Shown here piece after piece: positions 34,056-44,426 of a stretch of DNA of 51,128 bases; position 1 is the first letter of the stretch, and the number at the start of each line of letters is the position of its first letter. Made by a program: the position numbers and the translations under genes. The stretch is from a virus (Duplodnaviria; Caudoviricetes): positions 1 to 51,128 of the IMG/VR virus record IMGVR_UViG_3300012232_000017, one strand, 5' to 3'. The notes under the pieces are model-generated. The model saw nothing but the letters and a program-made list of their open reading frames with translations, was not told the DNA's origin and did not search any database.

Positions 34056-34624
34056 TGAAGTTGTTTGAAATGAAAGACTTCACGTTAAACGTAAGTGTTG
34101 AAGCGTGGGGTCTTTTGCCTTTTAAGGCAATACTAAAGAGAGACAAAAGCAGAGGTAAAGAAACTGCTTTTAAGGAGATGTTATTTATATATTATTATTC
34201 AGATATACGTTCTGATTATATGTATATAACTAACGATAAAGAGAGACAAAGAGAAATTGTTAAAGATATTGGACTTGATTCAGATTGGACTATGCATGAA
34301 ACTATTAAGGAGGCAATAGCCTTCTATAAAAGTAAATCCATTACTCCAATAGGTAAGCTATATATGTCATCGCTTATAGCAGCTGATGATGTATCTAAGT
34401 ATCTAGAATCAACTAAAGAATTACTAGACGAACGTACTGCAAATGGTTCAACTGTAACTACTTTACCGATGATTATGACATCTCTTAAAACTATACCTGC
34501 TATTATGAAAGACTTAAAAGCTGCATATAAGGAGGTATTAGCTGAACAGAAAGAATTAGAAGGAAGAACTAAAGGCAGTCGTACAATGGGTCTCTTCGAA
34601 GACGGACTTAATTTTGAAGAATAA
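34055..34624 (+). CDS. Conserved crAss-like protein upstream of terminase (possible small terminase subunit)
   Basis: PFKAILKRDKS...KEMLFIYYYSDIRSDY pattern and C-terminal RTKG; function inferred from position. Confidence 0.5.
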   Translation: MKLFEMKDFTLNVSVEAWGLLPFKAILKRDKSRGKETAFKEMLFIYYYSDIRSDYMYITNDKERQREIVKDIGLDSDWTMHETIKEAIAFYKSKSITPIGKLYMSSLIAADDVSKYLESTKELLDERTANGSTVTTLPMIMTSLKTIPAIMKDLKAAYKEVLAEQKELEGRTKGSRTMGLFEDGLNFEE

Positions 34625-36093
34625 TGGAAGAAGTATTTTTTACCAATGAAGCAAGAGCAAGATTATTTAAAGGAATACAAAAACTCCATGACGCAGTTGC
34701 GTCAACGATGGGACCTAACGGGAGAACAGTTATTATCTCTGATGATAGAGGCAACCCTAAAGTTACTAAAGACGGGGTTACTGTCGCTCGTGCAATTAAC
34801 TTTAAGGATCCTATCGAGAACCTTGGAGCGATTCTTATCAAAGATGTAGCTGAACTTACAGTAGATCAAGCAGGAGATGGAACTACTACTGCAACAGTTC
34901 TTGCTAATGCTCTTATACAAAACCTTAAGGATTATGAATCTAAAGAGGTTAATAAGTATTTAGACTTACTTATACCAAAAGTCTTACAACATTTAAAAAA
35001 TAATTCACGTGAACTCCTTAAAGAGGATATTAAATATGTGGCTAGTATATCTGCTAATAATGATGTACAGATTGGCGATATTATTCAGCAGGCTTATAAT
35101 TTTTCTAGCATCGTAAAGGTTGAGGAATCCAATAGCTTTGAAGATTCAATTGAATTTATTAATGGTATGAAACTTGATGTATCTTACCTCTCTAAAAGAT
35201 TTGCTAATACTACTAGAGAAACTACTGAATTTACTAATCCACATGTTTTATTATTAGATGGTAAATTAGAAGATCTAATGCCTCTTAAAGATATATTAAC
35301 TAAGATATCAACTAATGATGAATCTATTCTTATTATAGTTGAATATATCTCTGAAAAGGAGATGAGAAAGTTAGAGTCAAATGTTATGTCCGGGAACATC
35401 AATCTATGTGCCATTAAAACGCCAGGATTTGGTCCTGTAAGGAAAGATTTCCTTCGAGACATATCAGACTTCACTGGAGCAGAGATCGTGTCTATAACGC
35501 CAAATAAACAAGTTTCTTATAAAGCTCTTGGTAAATTAGAATCTTGTACAATATCTAAGAATCATTCTCTTTTAATTAAACATGAAGATATTGATGTAGA
35601 TGATATTGTATCTAGTCTCACAACAATGGCTAATGAAGTTATTGATTTAACAGACTATGATAAGGATATTATAATTAAAAGAGTTGAAATGTTAACTGGT
35701 AAAGCTTCTATTATACGTGTAGGAGGTCGTTCTGAAATAGAGATGAGAGAACGTAAAGATAGATATGAAGATGCAGTATTAGCTGTTGCATGTGCATTAG
35801 AAGAAGGAATTGTAGAAGGTGGTGGTGTAGCATTACTTAAAGCAGCAAATTATATATATAATGAAGAAGAAGAATGGTTGGGGATTGAAATGGGAATCCG
35901 TCATAGTTTGTGGGCTCCTAGTACTATCATCAATACTAATGGTGCGGATTTTGATGTGGATATATCATTATATGATCAAAATATCATTGACCCTTTAAAG
36001 GTAACAAGATGCGCTCTTGAGAATGCAGTATCAGTTGCAAAGATAATATTATCAACAGACTGTGTAGTCTTAAATGCAATGCAATGGAATTAA
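34624..36093 (+). CDS. groEL: Chaperonin GroEL (phage-encoded)
   Basis: TMGPNGRTV, VTKDGVTVA, AGDGTTTATVLA, ISANND, KTPGFG, EMRERKDRYEDA, EEGIVEGGGVAL and IIDPLKVTRCALENAVSVA; lacks the GGM tail. Confidence 0.95.
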   Translation: MEEVFFTNEARARLFKGIQKLHDAVASTMGPNGRTVIISDDRGNPKVTKDGVTVARAINFKDPIENLGAILIKDVAELTVDQAGDGTTTATVLANALIQNLKDYESKEVNKYLDLLIPKVLQHLKNNSRELLKEDIKYVASISANNDVQIGDIIQQAYNFSSIVKVEESNSFEDSIEFINGMKLDVSYLSKRFANTTRETTEFTNPHVLLLDGKLEDLMPLKDILTKISTNDESILIIVEYISEKEMRKLESNVMSGNINLCAIKTPGFGPVRKDFLRDISDFTGAEIVSITPNKQVSYKALGKLESCTISKNHSLLIKHEDIDVDDIVSSLTTMANEVIDLTDYDKDIIIKRVEMLTGKASIIRVGGRSEIEMRERKDRYEDAVLAVACALEEGIVEGGGVALLKAANYIYNEEEEWLGIEMGIRHSLWAPSTIINTNGADFDVDISLYDQNIIDPLKVTRCALENAVSVAKIILSTDCVVLNAMQWN

Positions 36094-38288
36094 ACCGCTA
36101 TCAGACCCCTATAAATGAAGCATTAAGAGATTCTGTTCCTAAAGAAGTATATGATAATTTATTAGAATATATAGCAACAGTTAAGTTTATAAAGAACCTT
36201 ATATCTCCAGATAGAGAATATATTAAGGATAGACCTGCAGATCCTCTTTATGAAGATGGTCGTAAACTAGTTGATATAACTAATCCTCATATACTTGAGA
36301 ATATGGATTACTTTAGAGAGCGATCTATATTTTTTAAGAAGAATGGTAAATATACCAATATACCACCTAACTCTAATCCTAAATCTGAATATGCTGAATT
36401 CTGGAAAGAAGAACTACGTCGTTGGAAATATGGTATGGTACGACCTGATGGCGAATGGATTCCTGGAGAACTTTATTTCTATTGGAATTACAGTCCTATT
36501 TGGTTAGCTAAAATAATAGCTCAAGGTAAAAAAGAAGAACGTTCTCAAGGTGAACGTGTACGTGACTTTGCTAAAACATGGTTAGGAGATTATCTCTATT
36601 ACCATTATACTAGCAGAGCTAAACGTCTTGGTAAACATGGTAAGATACTTAAAACAAGGGGTATTGGATTCAGCTTTAAGAATGCATCTGAATCTCCACG
36701 TAATATGTATGTACATCCAGGATCAGGTAATCCTAATTTCCATCTTGCGTCAGATAAAGGATTCTTATCTGGAGATAAAGGCATATGGGGTAAAGTACTT
36801 GATTGTTTGGATTGGATAGCTGAGACTACTCCACTCCCACGTTGGAGGACTATTGATGCAACTAAAGAGATGAATATCCAGTTAGGATATAAGGATGAGT
36901 ATGGTTCTCGTAAAGGACTCCTATCGTCTGTATTCTGTATATCTATGAAAGATAATCCAGATAAAGCGCGTGGAATCAGAGGACCTCTTATTCACTATGA
37001 AGAAGACGGTCTATTCCCTAACCTTGAAAAGGCATGGAATGTAAATCTTAAAGCTGTACAGGATGGTGGAGTATCTACTGGATTCATGCTAGCAGGTGGA
37101 ACAGGTGGTGTTGAAGGAGCTTCATTTGCAGGATCTGAAAAACTATTCTATAAACCAGCTGCTTTTAATATATATGGATTGCCTAATGTATTTGATAAAG
37201 GAGCTCATGGAGAAACTGAATGTGGATTCTTTTGGGGTGCTTATCTTAATCGTAATGGTTGTTATGATATTGAGACTGGAGAACCTGATGTAATTAAAGC
37301 AATAGTAGAACTTTTATTAGAACGCCATACTATTAAATATAATTCATCTGATGCATCTGCAATCACTCAAAGAAAAGCAGAAGAACCTATTACTCCTCAG
37401 GAAGCTATAATGCGTACTGAAGGAACTGTATTTCCTGTGGCTGATATTAAGGATTATTTAGAATCTATTGGGCCTAAGAAGGAATCATTTCTTGCTGAAC
37501 ATTATATAGGTGAATTGATATATGGACCAACTGGAGAGATAGAATGGAGGCCTACAGATAGATTTCCGCTACGTGCTTATGATAGTTCTGATACAGATAG
37601 AACTGGATGTCTTGAGATATTTGAGATGCCTAAAAGAACCAGTGGAGGTGATATACCACGTGGGAGATATATCTTTGGTATTGACCCTATTGATGCTGAC
37701 GCAGGTACATCCCTGTTTTCTATTATAGGTATGGATACTTTTACAGATAGAATAGTATGTGAATACACAGGGCGACCTCGTCTAGCTAATGATGCTTATG
37801 AGATAGCTCTTCGTATGCTTAAGTTTTACAATGGTGAAGCTAACTATGAGTCCAATTTAAAAGGACTCTTTAGTTACTTTGACGCACGTAACTGCCTTCA
37901 TTATTTAGCAGATGTACCACAGATTCTTAAAGATATGGATATGATTAAAGCAACTAATCTATATGGAAACAAAGCTAAAGGCACACATGCTAATAAGGAA
38001 GTAAATAAATGGGGAAGACTATTACAAGCACAATTCATGTTAACTAGATATAATGAAGGAGAAGAAGATGATCAACGTCTGAACTTACATATGATTAGAA
38101 CTATACCTTATTTAGAAGAATGTATAGCTTGGAATGCAGATGGTAACTTTGATAGAGTATCAGCTGCAGGTATGTTATTTATACTTCGTGAAGATAGAGT
38201 CAAAAGAACTAATTCCGCTAAAGAAAACCAATATAAACAAATTAAAAAGCTTTCACAAGATAAATTCTTTGAACGCAATTATAAATAA
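36084..38288 (+). CDS. terL: Terminase large subunit
   Basis: crAss-type Walker A KTRGIGFSFK, Walker B IHYEEDG, GGTGG, nuclease GIDPID, YTGRP, YESN and GNFDRVSA. Confidence 0.92.
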   Translation: MELNRYQTPINEALRDSVPKEVYDNLLEYIATVKFIKNLISPDREYIKDRPADPLYEDGRKLVDITNPHILENMDYFRERSIFFKKNGKYTNIPPNSNPKSEYAEFWKEELRRWKYGMVRPDGEWIPGELYFYWNYSPIWLAKIIAQGKKEERSQGERVRDFAKTWLGDYLYYHYTSRAKRLGKHGKILKTRGIGFSFKNASESPRNMYVHPGSGNPNFHLASDKGFLSGDKGIWGKVLDCLDWIAETTPLPRWRTIDATKEMNIQLGYKDEYGSRKGLLSSVFCISMKDNPDKARGIRGPLIHYEEDGLFPNLEKAWNVNLKAVQDGGVSTGFMLAGGTGGVEGASFAGSEKLFYKPAAFNIYGLPNVFDKGAHGETECGFFWGAYLNRNGCYDIETGEPDVIKAIVELLLERHTIKYNSSDASAITQRKAEEPITPQEAIMRTEGTVFPVADIKDYLESIGPKKESFLAEHYIGELIYGPTGEIEWRPTDRFPLRAYDSSDTDRTGCLEIFEMPKRTSGGDIPRGRYIFGIDPIDADAGTSLFSIIGMDTFTDRIVCEYTGRPRLANDAYEIALRMLKFYNGEANYESNLKGLFSYFDARNCLHYLADVPQILKDMDMIKATNLYGNKAKGTHANKEVNKWGRLLQAQFMLTRYNEGEEDDQRLNLHMIRTIPYLEECIAWNADGNFDRVSAAGMLFILREDRVKRTNSAKENQYKQIKKLSQDKFFERNYK

Positions 38289-38365
38289 CAGCTATAGCTT
38301 AATAGTCCAAAATTAATAATATATTCAAAAACATTTGGAAATTTAAACAAAATATATTATATTTG
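38282..38365 (+). promoter_or_regulatory. Promoter for portal with conserved upstream element
   Basis: TAAATAACAGCTAT (38282); TTTG (38334), 20-nt spacer, TATATTTG (38358). Confidence 0.7.
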
Positions 38366-38396
38366 CGGGTTAAATTAATTAAATACATTTATTGAT

Positions 38397-40799
38397 ATGC
38401 CAGTACCAATGATTAATAGTCTGATATTGCCACGGCAACGACTTCCTTATAAACAAAAAACTAGGGAATGGCGTATTGCAAATGTGGATTATGCAGACAC
38501 ACATTCCTTTTATAACAATGAACGTGTTAGAAAAAGTTTACAAAATAAAATTATAAATCTTAATTTATACAATGGAATAGTAGATATCAGGGACTTAACA
38601 AATGTTGTCAATCCGCATCAAATAGACGCCAGTTTTGTTCCTGATAATATTCCACATCACCCAATACTAGTTCCTAAGATTGATCTATTAGTTGGTGAAG
38701 AAGTTAAAAGAAGATTTGATTGGTCAGTAATTGTAACCAATCCTGATGCTATATCTAAGAAGGAAGAAGATAAAAAAGCTTTTCTACTTCAAAAGATGCA
38801 AGAATTCTTTCAAGCTAATTATACTGATGAACAACTTCAGGCTAAGATGGAAGAACTTCAGAAACACATGAAGTATACTTGGCAAGATATAAGAGAAAAG
38901 ACAGCTAATCAAATACTTAAACATTATCATCAAGAACAAAAGTTTAATAGAATATTTAATGATGGTTTTAAAGATGCCCTCATATTTGCTGAAGAAATAT
39001 ATCAATGCGATATTATACATGACGAACCAGTATTAACTAAACTTAATCCATTAAAGGTTCATTCAGTTCGTTCATCTAATTCAGATAGAATAGAGGATTC
39101 TCAGATTATAATCATACAAGATCACTGGTCTCCTCATAAAATTATAGATATATATCATGACGAACTTAAACCGGAAGATATTGATTATCTCATGGAATAT
39201 TGTACTACTTCGTCTAAAGGGTCTTATTCTGACGATCAAAATAACCATGTACTACTTCGTGATGCACTTAATACTGGTGTTGAGGGAATGTATGATACTA
39301 TATTTAATTTGGCAGAGCTTAATGGACATTTCTTTGGTTCTAATTATACTGACGATACTGGTAATATTAGAGTCCTAAAAGTATTTTGGAGATCTATTAA
39401 ACAGATTAAGAAAGTTAAATTCTATGATGAATATGGAAATGAACAATATAAAATTACTTCAGAAGAGTATATTCCAGATGAATCATTAGGAGAAGAAATA
39501 GAAAGATTATGGGTCAATGAATGGTGGGAAGGTGTAAAGATTGGTAAAGATATATACCTCAACCTTAAACCACGTAAAGTTCAATATAATAGATTAAACA
39601 ATCCTTCAATATGCCATCCAGGCATCGTTGGGCAGATATACAATACTAATCAATCAAAAGCAGTATCTTTAGTAGATAGATGTAAGAACTACCAATACAT
39701 GTATGATGTTATTTGGGATAGACTTAATAAAGCTATAGCCACTAACTATGGTAAGATCTTCGAACTAGACATCGCCAAGGTACCAGAGAACTGGGAGATT
39801 GATAAATGGATGCACTTTGCTGTCGTAAATAAGATAGCCGTGATTGACTCATTTAAGGAGGGTAATCAAGGTGCCGCTACAGGTAAGCTTGCAGGCTCTA
39901 TGAATACTCAAGGAGGGCGTGTAATGGATATGGAAACAGGTTCCTATATTCAACAACACATTCAATTACTTGAATTCATTAAAATGGAGATGGGTGAGAT
40001 TGCCGGTGTTTCAGCGCAACGTCAGGGACAAATAGAAAATAGAGAGACTGTAGGTGGTGTAGAACGCTCAGTTAATCAATCTAGTCACGTTACAGAATAC
40101 TGGTTCATGTTACATGAACAATGTAAATTAAGAGTACTTGAAACATTCCTTGAAACAGCTAAGGTAGCATTGAAAGGTAATAATAAGAAAGTACAATTTA
40201 TATTAGATGATCAAGGTATTCAGATTCTTAATATAGAAGGTGATGAATTTTCTGAAAATGATTATGGATTAGTTTGTACTTCATCTTCTAAAACAATGGA
40301 GTTAGAACAATTCATTAAACAATCTGCTCAATCATTCGTACAAGCAGGTGGAGGTATGTCTACTATTATGGATATATACTTTAGTCCATCGCTTATGGAT
40401 ATGAGACGTAAGTTAGAAGAAGCAGAAGAAATGCAACATCAAAGAAGTCAAGAAGCTTCACAACAACAATCTAAAGATGCTCAAGCTGCAATGGCTCAAG
40501 CTAAAGAACTTGAAGATAGAAAAATGGCTCTACAAGATTTAATGAATCAAAGAGATAATGATACTAAACTTCAGATAGCTCAATTGAAAGGAGAAACAGA
40601 AGAGGTTGTTCCAGATGATGGAATAACTAATCCTTTAGAAAGAGATAAGTTTAATTTAGATACTGAAAAAGCAAGAGCAGATCAGATGTTAAAAATGAAA
40701 CAACTTGATAATGATATGGTGAAACATAAAGATAATATAGAAGTTAAAAAGGAATCCAATAGTATTTCAAGGATTCAAAAGAAAACAACAAGTAAATAA
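38397..40799 (+). CDS. Portal protein (crAss-like)
   Basis: 800 aa directly after TerL; LPRQRLP..KT..W, NLYNG, PKIDLLVGEE..R, WVNEWWEG.KIG, GVSAQRQG and a C-terminal coiled coil. Confidence 0.88.
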   Translation: MPVPMINSLILPRQRLPYKQKTREWRIANVDYADTHSFYNNERVRKSLQNKIINLNLYNGIVDIRDLTNVVNPHQIDASFVPDNIPHHPILVPKIDLLVGEEVKRRFDWSVIVTNPDAISKKEEDKKAFLLQKMQEFFQANYTDEQLQAKMEELQKHMKYTWQDIREKTANQILKHYHQEQKFNRIFNDGFKDALIFAEEIYQCDIIHDEPVLTKLNPLKVHSVRSSNSDRIEDSQIIIIQDHWSPHKIIDIYHDELKPEDIDYLMEYCTTSSKGSYSDDQNNHVLLRDALNTGVEGMYDTIFNLAELNGHFFGSNYTDDTGNIRVLKVFWRSIKQIKKVKFYDEYGNEQYKITSEEYIPDESLGEEIERLWVNEWWEGVKIGKDIYLNLKPRKVQYNRLNNPSICHPGIVGQIYNTNQSKAVSLVDRCKNYQYMYDVIWDRLNKAIATNYGKIFELDIAKVPENWEIDKWMHFAVVNKIAVIDSFKEGNQGAATGKLAGSMNTQGGRVMDMETGSYIQQHIQLLEFIKMEMGEIAGVSAQRQGQIENRETVGGVERSVNQSSHVTEYWFMLHEQCKLRVLETFLETAKVALKGNNKKVQFILDDQGIQILNIEGDEFSENDYGLVCTSSSKTMELEQFIKQSAQSFVQAGGGMSTIMDIYFSPSLMDMRRKLEEAEEMQHQRSQEASQQQSKDAQAAMAQAKELEDRKMALQDLMNQRDNDTKLQIAQLKGETEEVVPDDGITNPLERDKFNLDTEKARADQMLKMKQLDNDMVKHKDNIEVKKESNSISRIQKKTTSK

Positions 40800-40876
40800 G
40801 AGCTATTACTTAATATAACAAAAGTGAAAATAAATACTAATTTATTAGGAAAAAAATAACTTTTTACTTATATTTG
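40793..40876 (+). promoter_or_regulatory. Promoter for the capsid operon with conserved upstream element
   Basis: TAAATAAGAGCTAT (40793); TTAG (40845), 20-nt spacer, TATATTTG (40869). Confidence 0.7.
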
Positions 40877-40891
40877 TAAACTTTATAATAA

Positions 40892-41965
40892 ATGGGAGAA
40901 ATTATGGAAGATGAAAACGATTTGATGTCGATATTCGACTCAGGTATGCAATTAAATTATGATGGGTTCAGTCAAGACGAAGAAGAAGAAGTCGATGATG
41001 AACAAGAAGAAATTAAGGATAATAAACCTGTCGAGGAAGAAGTTCCGGAGAACGTAGATGGGGCTGAAGATGACGAAAGTGAAGAGGATGATTCAGGTGA
41101 TGAATCTTCTCCCAATATCTATTCTTCCCTCGCCAGTGTTCTATTAGAACAAGGAATCATTCCTTCACTCGAGTCTTCAGAAAAAGTACAAACGCCTGAT
41201 GATCTAGTTAATGTTTTAAAACAAGAAATAGATGTACAAGCACAAGTAAGATTAGAAGAATATCTTGCTAATATTGATGTTGATAAAATTGCAGCATCAA
41301 GAAGAAACGTAGCTGACTTAAATAGTATAGATGAAGATTATCTTCGTGAAAACTTAGAAGTTGCTAAAAATCTTATATACCAAGATGCACTTAATCAAGG
41401 TCTGTCAGAAGATAGAGCTAGAAAAATTCTTAAAAAAACTATTGATTTAGGTGAAGATGTTATTATCGAAGATGCTTTAGAATCCAAGGAAAGCCTTAAA
41501 GAGTTCGAGAGACGGCAGGAGGAAGCAGTGAAAGAACAATATCAACAATCAATTAAACAAGCTAAAGAAGAACAAGAAAAAATTGATAATGCTATTAAAA
41601 GTTATATATTTGACAGTGCAGAAATTGTTAAAGGTATTCCTAATACTAAAGCATTACAAACTGCAGTATACAAATGTATGACTGACATTGTTGGAAAGAA
41701 TCCTCATACAGGAGATTTTGAAAATAAATTAATGAAAGAACGTTCATTAGATCCAATTAAATTTGATACTAAAATGTATTACTTTTATGAGTTAACTAAT
41801 GGCTTTACTGAATTAGGAAAGTTTCAAACTAATGTAACATCTAAGGCAACTAAGAATTTAGAGAAAGCTTTACGTAAAACAAACTTTGAGGATAATGGAA
41901 CTCCAGGATACATGAGTGATCCTAATAGTTATGGAGGTTCGTTTGGTTCTGAATTAGTACTATAA
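40892..41965 (+). CDS. Acidic coiled-coil protein, probable capsid scaffold or assembly protein
   Basis: Very acidic N-terminus, helical; lies between portal and MCP as in crAss-like gene order. Confidence 0.6.
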   Translation: MGEIMEDENDLMSIFDSGMQLNYDGFSQDEEEEVDDEQEEIKDNKPVEEEVPENVDGAEDDESEEDDSGDESSPNIYSSLASVLLEQGIIPSLESSEKVQTPDDLVNVLKQEIDVQAQVRLEEYLANIDVDKIAASRRNVADLNSIDEDYLRENLEVAKNLIYQDALNQGLSEDRARKILKKTIDLGEDVIIEDALESKESLKEFERRQEEAVKEQYQQSIKQAKEEQEKIDNAIKSYIFDSAEIVKGIPNTKALQTAVYKCMTDIVGKNPHTGDFENKLMKERSLDPIKFDTKMYYFYELTNGFTELGKFQTNVTSKATKNLEKALRKTNFEDNGTPGYMSDPNSYGGSFGSELVL

Positions 41966-41998
41966 AATAAATAATCAATCAATTAAAATTAAAATTAA

Positions 41999-43501
41999 AT
42001 GAGTTTAGGTAAGTTTGTAATGATCAAGGGTAAGTCTTGGTCAGGATTAACATTAAAAAATCACATTGGAGCTATATTTGGAACACAACCTCAATTAGTA
42101 TCTCCTCTTACAACTGTGTTGCTACAAAATTCAGGAATGAAAAACCTAGACACGACTTTGTCTTTGTTCCCTGAAAAAGTACTTCCAACAGCTGATGATT
42201 TTGTATGGAAAGTGGTAGGCTCTGATGAGCGTAATATCGCTATCGCGCAGTATGCAGTAGTTAATGGAGCTATAGTTACTACAGGTAATGTAGGAGCTGG
42301 ACGTACAGTATTCCAACTTGACTTTGCAGAAAAATGGTTTACAAAACAACACGTAATTGCAGGTCCAAGACCTGACACTTATCAGATTAGAATTATTGAC
42401 GATCCATATGAAAATGGAACCAACTACACATATAACTGTGAGGTTTGGGGCGGTCAAGAATCTCTTGCAGGTATTCCATTTGATGAGTTCTTACCAGGTA
42501 ATAGATTCTCAATTGAGAGTGCTTATGTGGAAGACGAGTTATCAATTCAAGGTGCTGGCATCCAGTTTACTTCTCCTTACTTAATGAGAAACTCAGTTTC
42601 TAATTTACGTATGGAGCACAAAGTTTCTGGAGCAATGATCGATATGAAAGTAGAACCTGTTTATTTTGCAGGTATCGAAACCAGAGATCCTAATACAGGA
42701 AAAGTTCATAAGTCTACTACTTGGATGCAAGAAGTATACTGGCAGTTTGAAAAAGCGTTCTCTCGAATTAAATCACGTACTATCATGTTTGGTAGAACTA
42801 ACCGTGATGAAAAAGGACGTTACTTGAATAAAGGAAATGCTAATATTGAAATTAAAGCAGGTTCTGGAATTCGTGAACAAATGGAAGTATCCAATACTAT
42901 TACCTATAACAAATTCTCTATTCGTCTTTTAGAAGATGTATTATCAGAATTATCAGAAGGTAAATTAGACTTTGGAGAAAGAAAGTTCATGATGAGAACT
43001 GGAGAAAGAGGAGCTGCTCAATTTAATAGAGCTGCTACTCAAGCTGCTTCAGGTTGGAAAACTTTGTTTGATAACACAAACATGAATGCAATTAACAAGG
43101 TAACTTCTAAGTTTCATGATAATGCATTTGGTGCAGGATTCCAATTCGTAGAATGGAGAGCTCCTAATAACATTCACGTAATGTTAGAAGTAGACCCAAT
43201 GTATGACGACAAAGTTCGTAATAAAATTCTTCACCCAGATGGTGGAGTAGCTGAATCTTACAGATACGATATTTTATATATCGGCTCAATGGAAGAACCT
43301 AATATCCAAAAAATTAAAGTAAAAGGTGACGATGAGTTACGTGGTTACATGGCTGGTATTAGAGATCCATTCTCTGGAAGACGTGGAGGTATTATGCAAT
43401 TAATGGAAGACTCTGCTACTATGACAGCAATGTGTGGTACAGGTGCAATGGTAAAAGATCCATCAAGAACTCTTACATTGAAACCAGCAATATTAGAATA
43501 A
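41999..43501 (+). CDS. Major capsid protein (crAss-like, HK97 fold)
   Basis: 500 aa; WSGLT..NH.G, F.EKWF, GSGIREQ, TGERG...F, GFQFVE, DPMYDD and SYRYDI motifs; followed by a strong terminator. Confidence 0.88.
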   Translation: MSLGKFVMIKGKSWSGLTLKNHIGAIFGTQPQLVSPLTTVLLQNSGMKNLDTTLSLFPEKVLPTADDFVWKVVGSDERNIAIAQYAVVNGAIVTTGNVGAGRTVFQLDFAEKWFTKQHVIAGPRPDTYQIRIIDDPYENGTNYTYNCEVWGGQESLAGIPFDEFLPGNRFSIESAYVEDELSIQGAGIQFTSPYLMRNSVSNLRMEHKVSGAMIDMKVEPVYFAGIETRDPNTGKVHKSTTWMQEVYWQFEKAFSRIKSRTIMFGRTNRDEKGRYLNKGNANIEIKAGSGIREQMEVSNTITYNKFSIRLLEDVLSELSEGKLDFGERKFMMRTGERGAAQFNRAATQAASGWKTLFDNTNMNAINKVTSKFHDNAFGAGFQFVEWRAPNNIHVMLEVDPMYDDKVRNKILHPDGGVAESYRYDILYIGSMEEPNIQKIKVKGDDELRGYMAGIRDPFSGRRGGIMQLMEDSATMTAMCGTGAMVKDPSRTLTLKPAILE

Positions 43502-43515
43502 CAATAATAGGTCTT

Positions 43516-43541
43516 GGGCGTACCTAAAACGCCCTTTTTTT
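43516..43541 (+). terminator. Intrinsic terminator after MCP
   Basis: GGGCGT-ACCTAAA-ACGCCC followed by T7. Confidence 0.8.
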
Positions 43542-43563
43542 ATAACTTAAAGGGAGAAGTAAA

Positions 43564-44421
43564 ATGGGAAAAGAAGTAGACACTGTAGAAAAATTTGTAT
43601 TACCTAATAAACAAATAGTAGTCAAATTTATTCACAGAAGAAAAGGAATGGCATCTAGCGTGAATGATGATCACGTTATTGCAGGAGGTATGTTACAAGG
43701 AGCTGTAAATAGATTTGCAGCACCGTTATTAAGAAATGGTTCAATTGCTAATGTTCTTACTAAAGAAGAAAAAGATACATTAGAAGATAAAACAGGATTA
43801 GACTTATCTGTCTATGGAGATTTTTGGGCAGAACATTTTGTATCATTATATAAAGATGACAATAGATTTGACTTATCTAGTCCACTAGATTATATATCTT
43901 ACAAAATATTGTTATATTTAAAAGACGATATAGCAAAAACTTGGTCTGAAAGAAATGACAAGCAAACATACAAATTTGTAATAACATCCGCGGATGAAGA
44001 ATTAAGTGAGAAAAAAGTTGGTCTTGATAATAAAAAGAACGCTTTCAAACTTTATGGTAAAATTGAAGAAGACCGAGATAAATTAATTGGAATTCTTAAA
44101 TTACTTAGTAACAGTCCAGTTTCAAAAGATTCTAATTTGAAATGGTTACAAACTAAAGTTGAAGAATTTGTTGATACAAAACCAGCCGCATTTATTGAAT
44201 TGCTAAATGACTCTAAGTTTGAAACAAAATTATTAATCCAAAATGCTGAAGAAAAAGGTATTATCATTAAACATGGTAATAAATATAAAACTATAGATGG
44301 ATTAGATTTATGTGAGAATAGTCAGAATGCAACATTTGAAAATGCAATACTTTATTTAGATAATCCTAAACATCAAGACGTTAGAAGTTTTATAGAAGCT
44401 AAGATTTTAAACGCTAAATAA
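43564..44421 (+). CDS. Conserved crAss-like protein following MCP
   Basis: DLS.PLDYI.YK.L and C-terminal YL.NPK.Q pattern; position after MCP. Confidence 0.65.
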   Translation: MGKEVDTVEKFVLPNKQIVVKFIHRRKGMASSVNDDHVIAGGMLQGAVNRFAAPLLRNGSIANVLTKEEKDTLEDKTGLDLSVYGDFWAEHFVSLYKDDNRFDLSSPLDYISYKILLYLKDDIAKTWSERNDKQTYKFVITSADEELSEKKVGLDNKKNAFKLYGKIEEDRDKLIGILKLLSNSPVSKDSNLKWLQTKVEEFVDTKPAAFIELLNDSKFETKLLIQNAEEKGIIIKHGNKYKTIDGLDLCENSQNATFENAILYLDNPKHQDVRSFIEAKILNAK

Positions 44422-44426
44422 TAATT

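Noticed and set aside
36084-43501. Introns or inteins in terminase, portal or MCP (common in crAss-like phages)
   Set aside because: The ORFs are continuous and of expected size, with no intein C/S...HN motifs or homing endonuclease ORFs.
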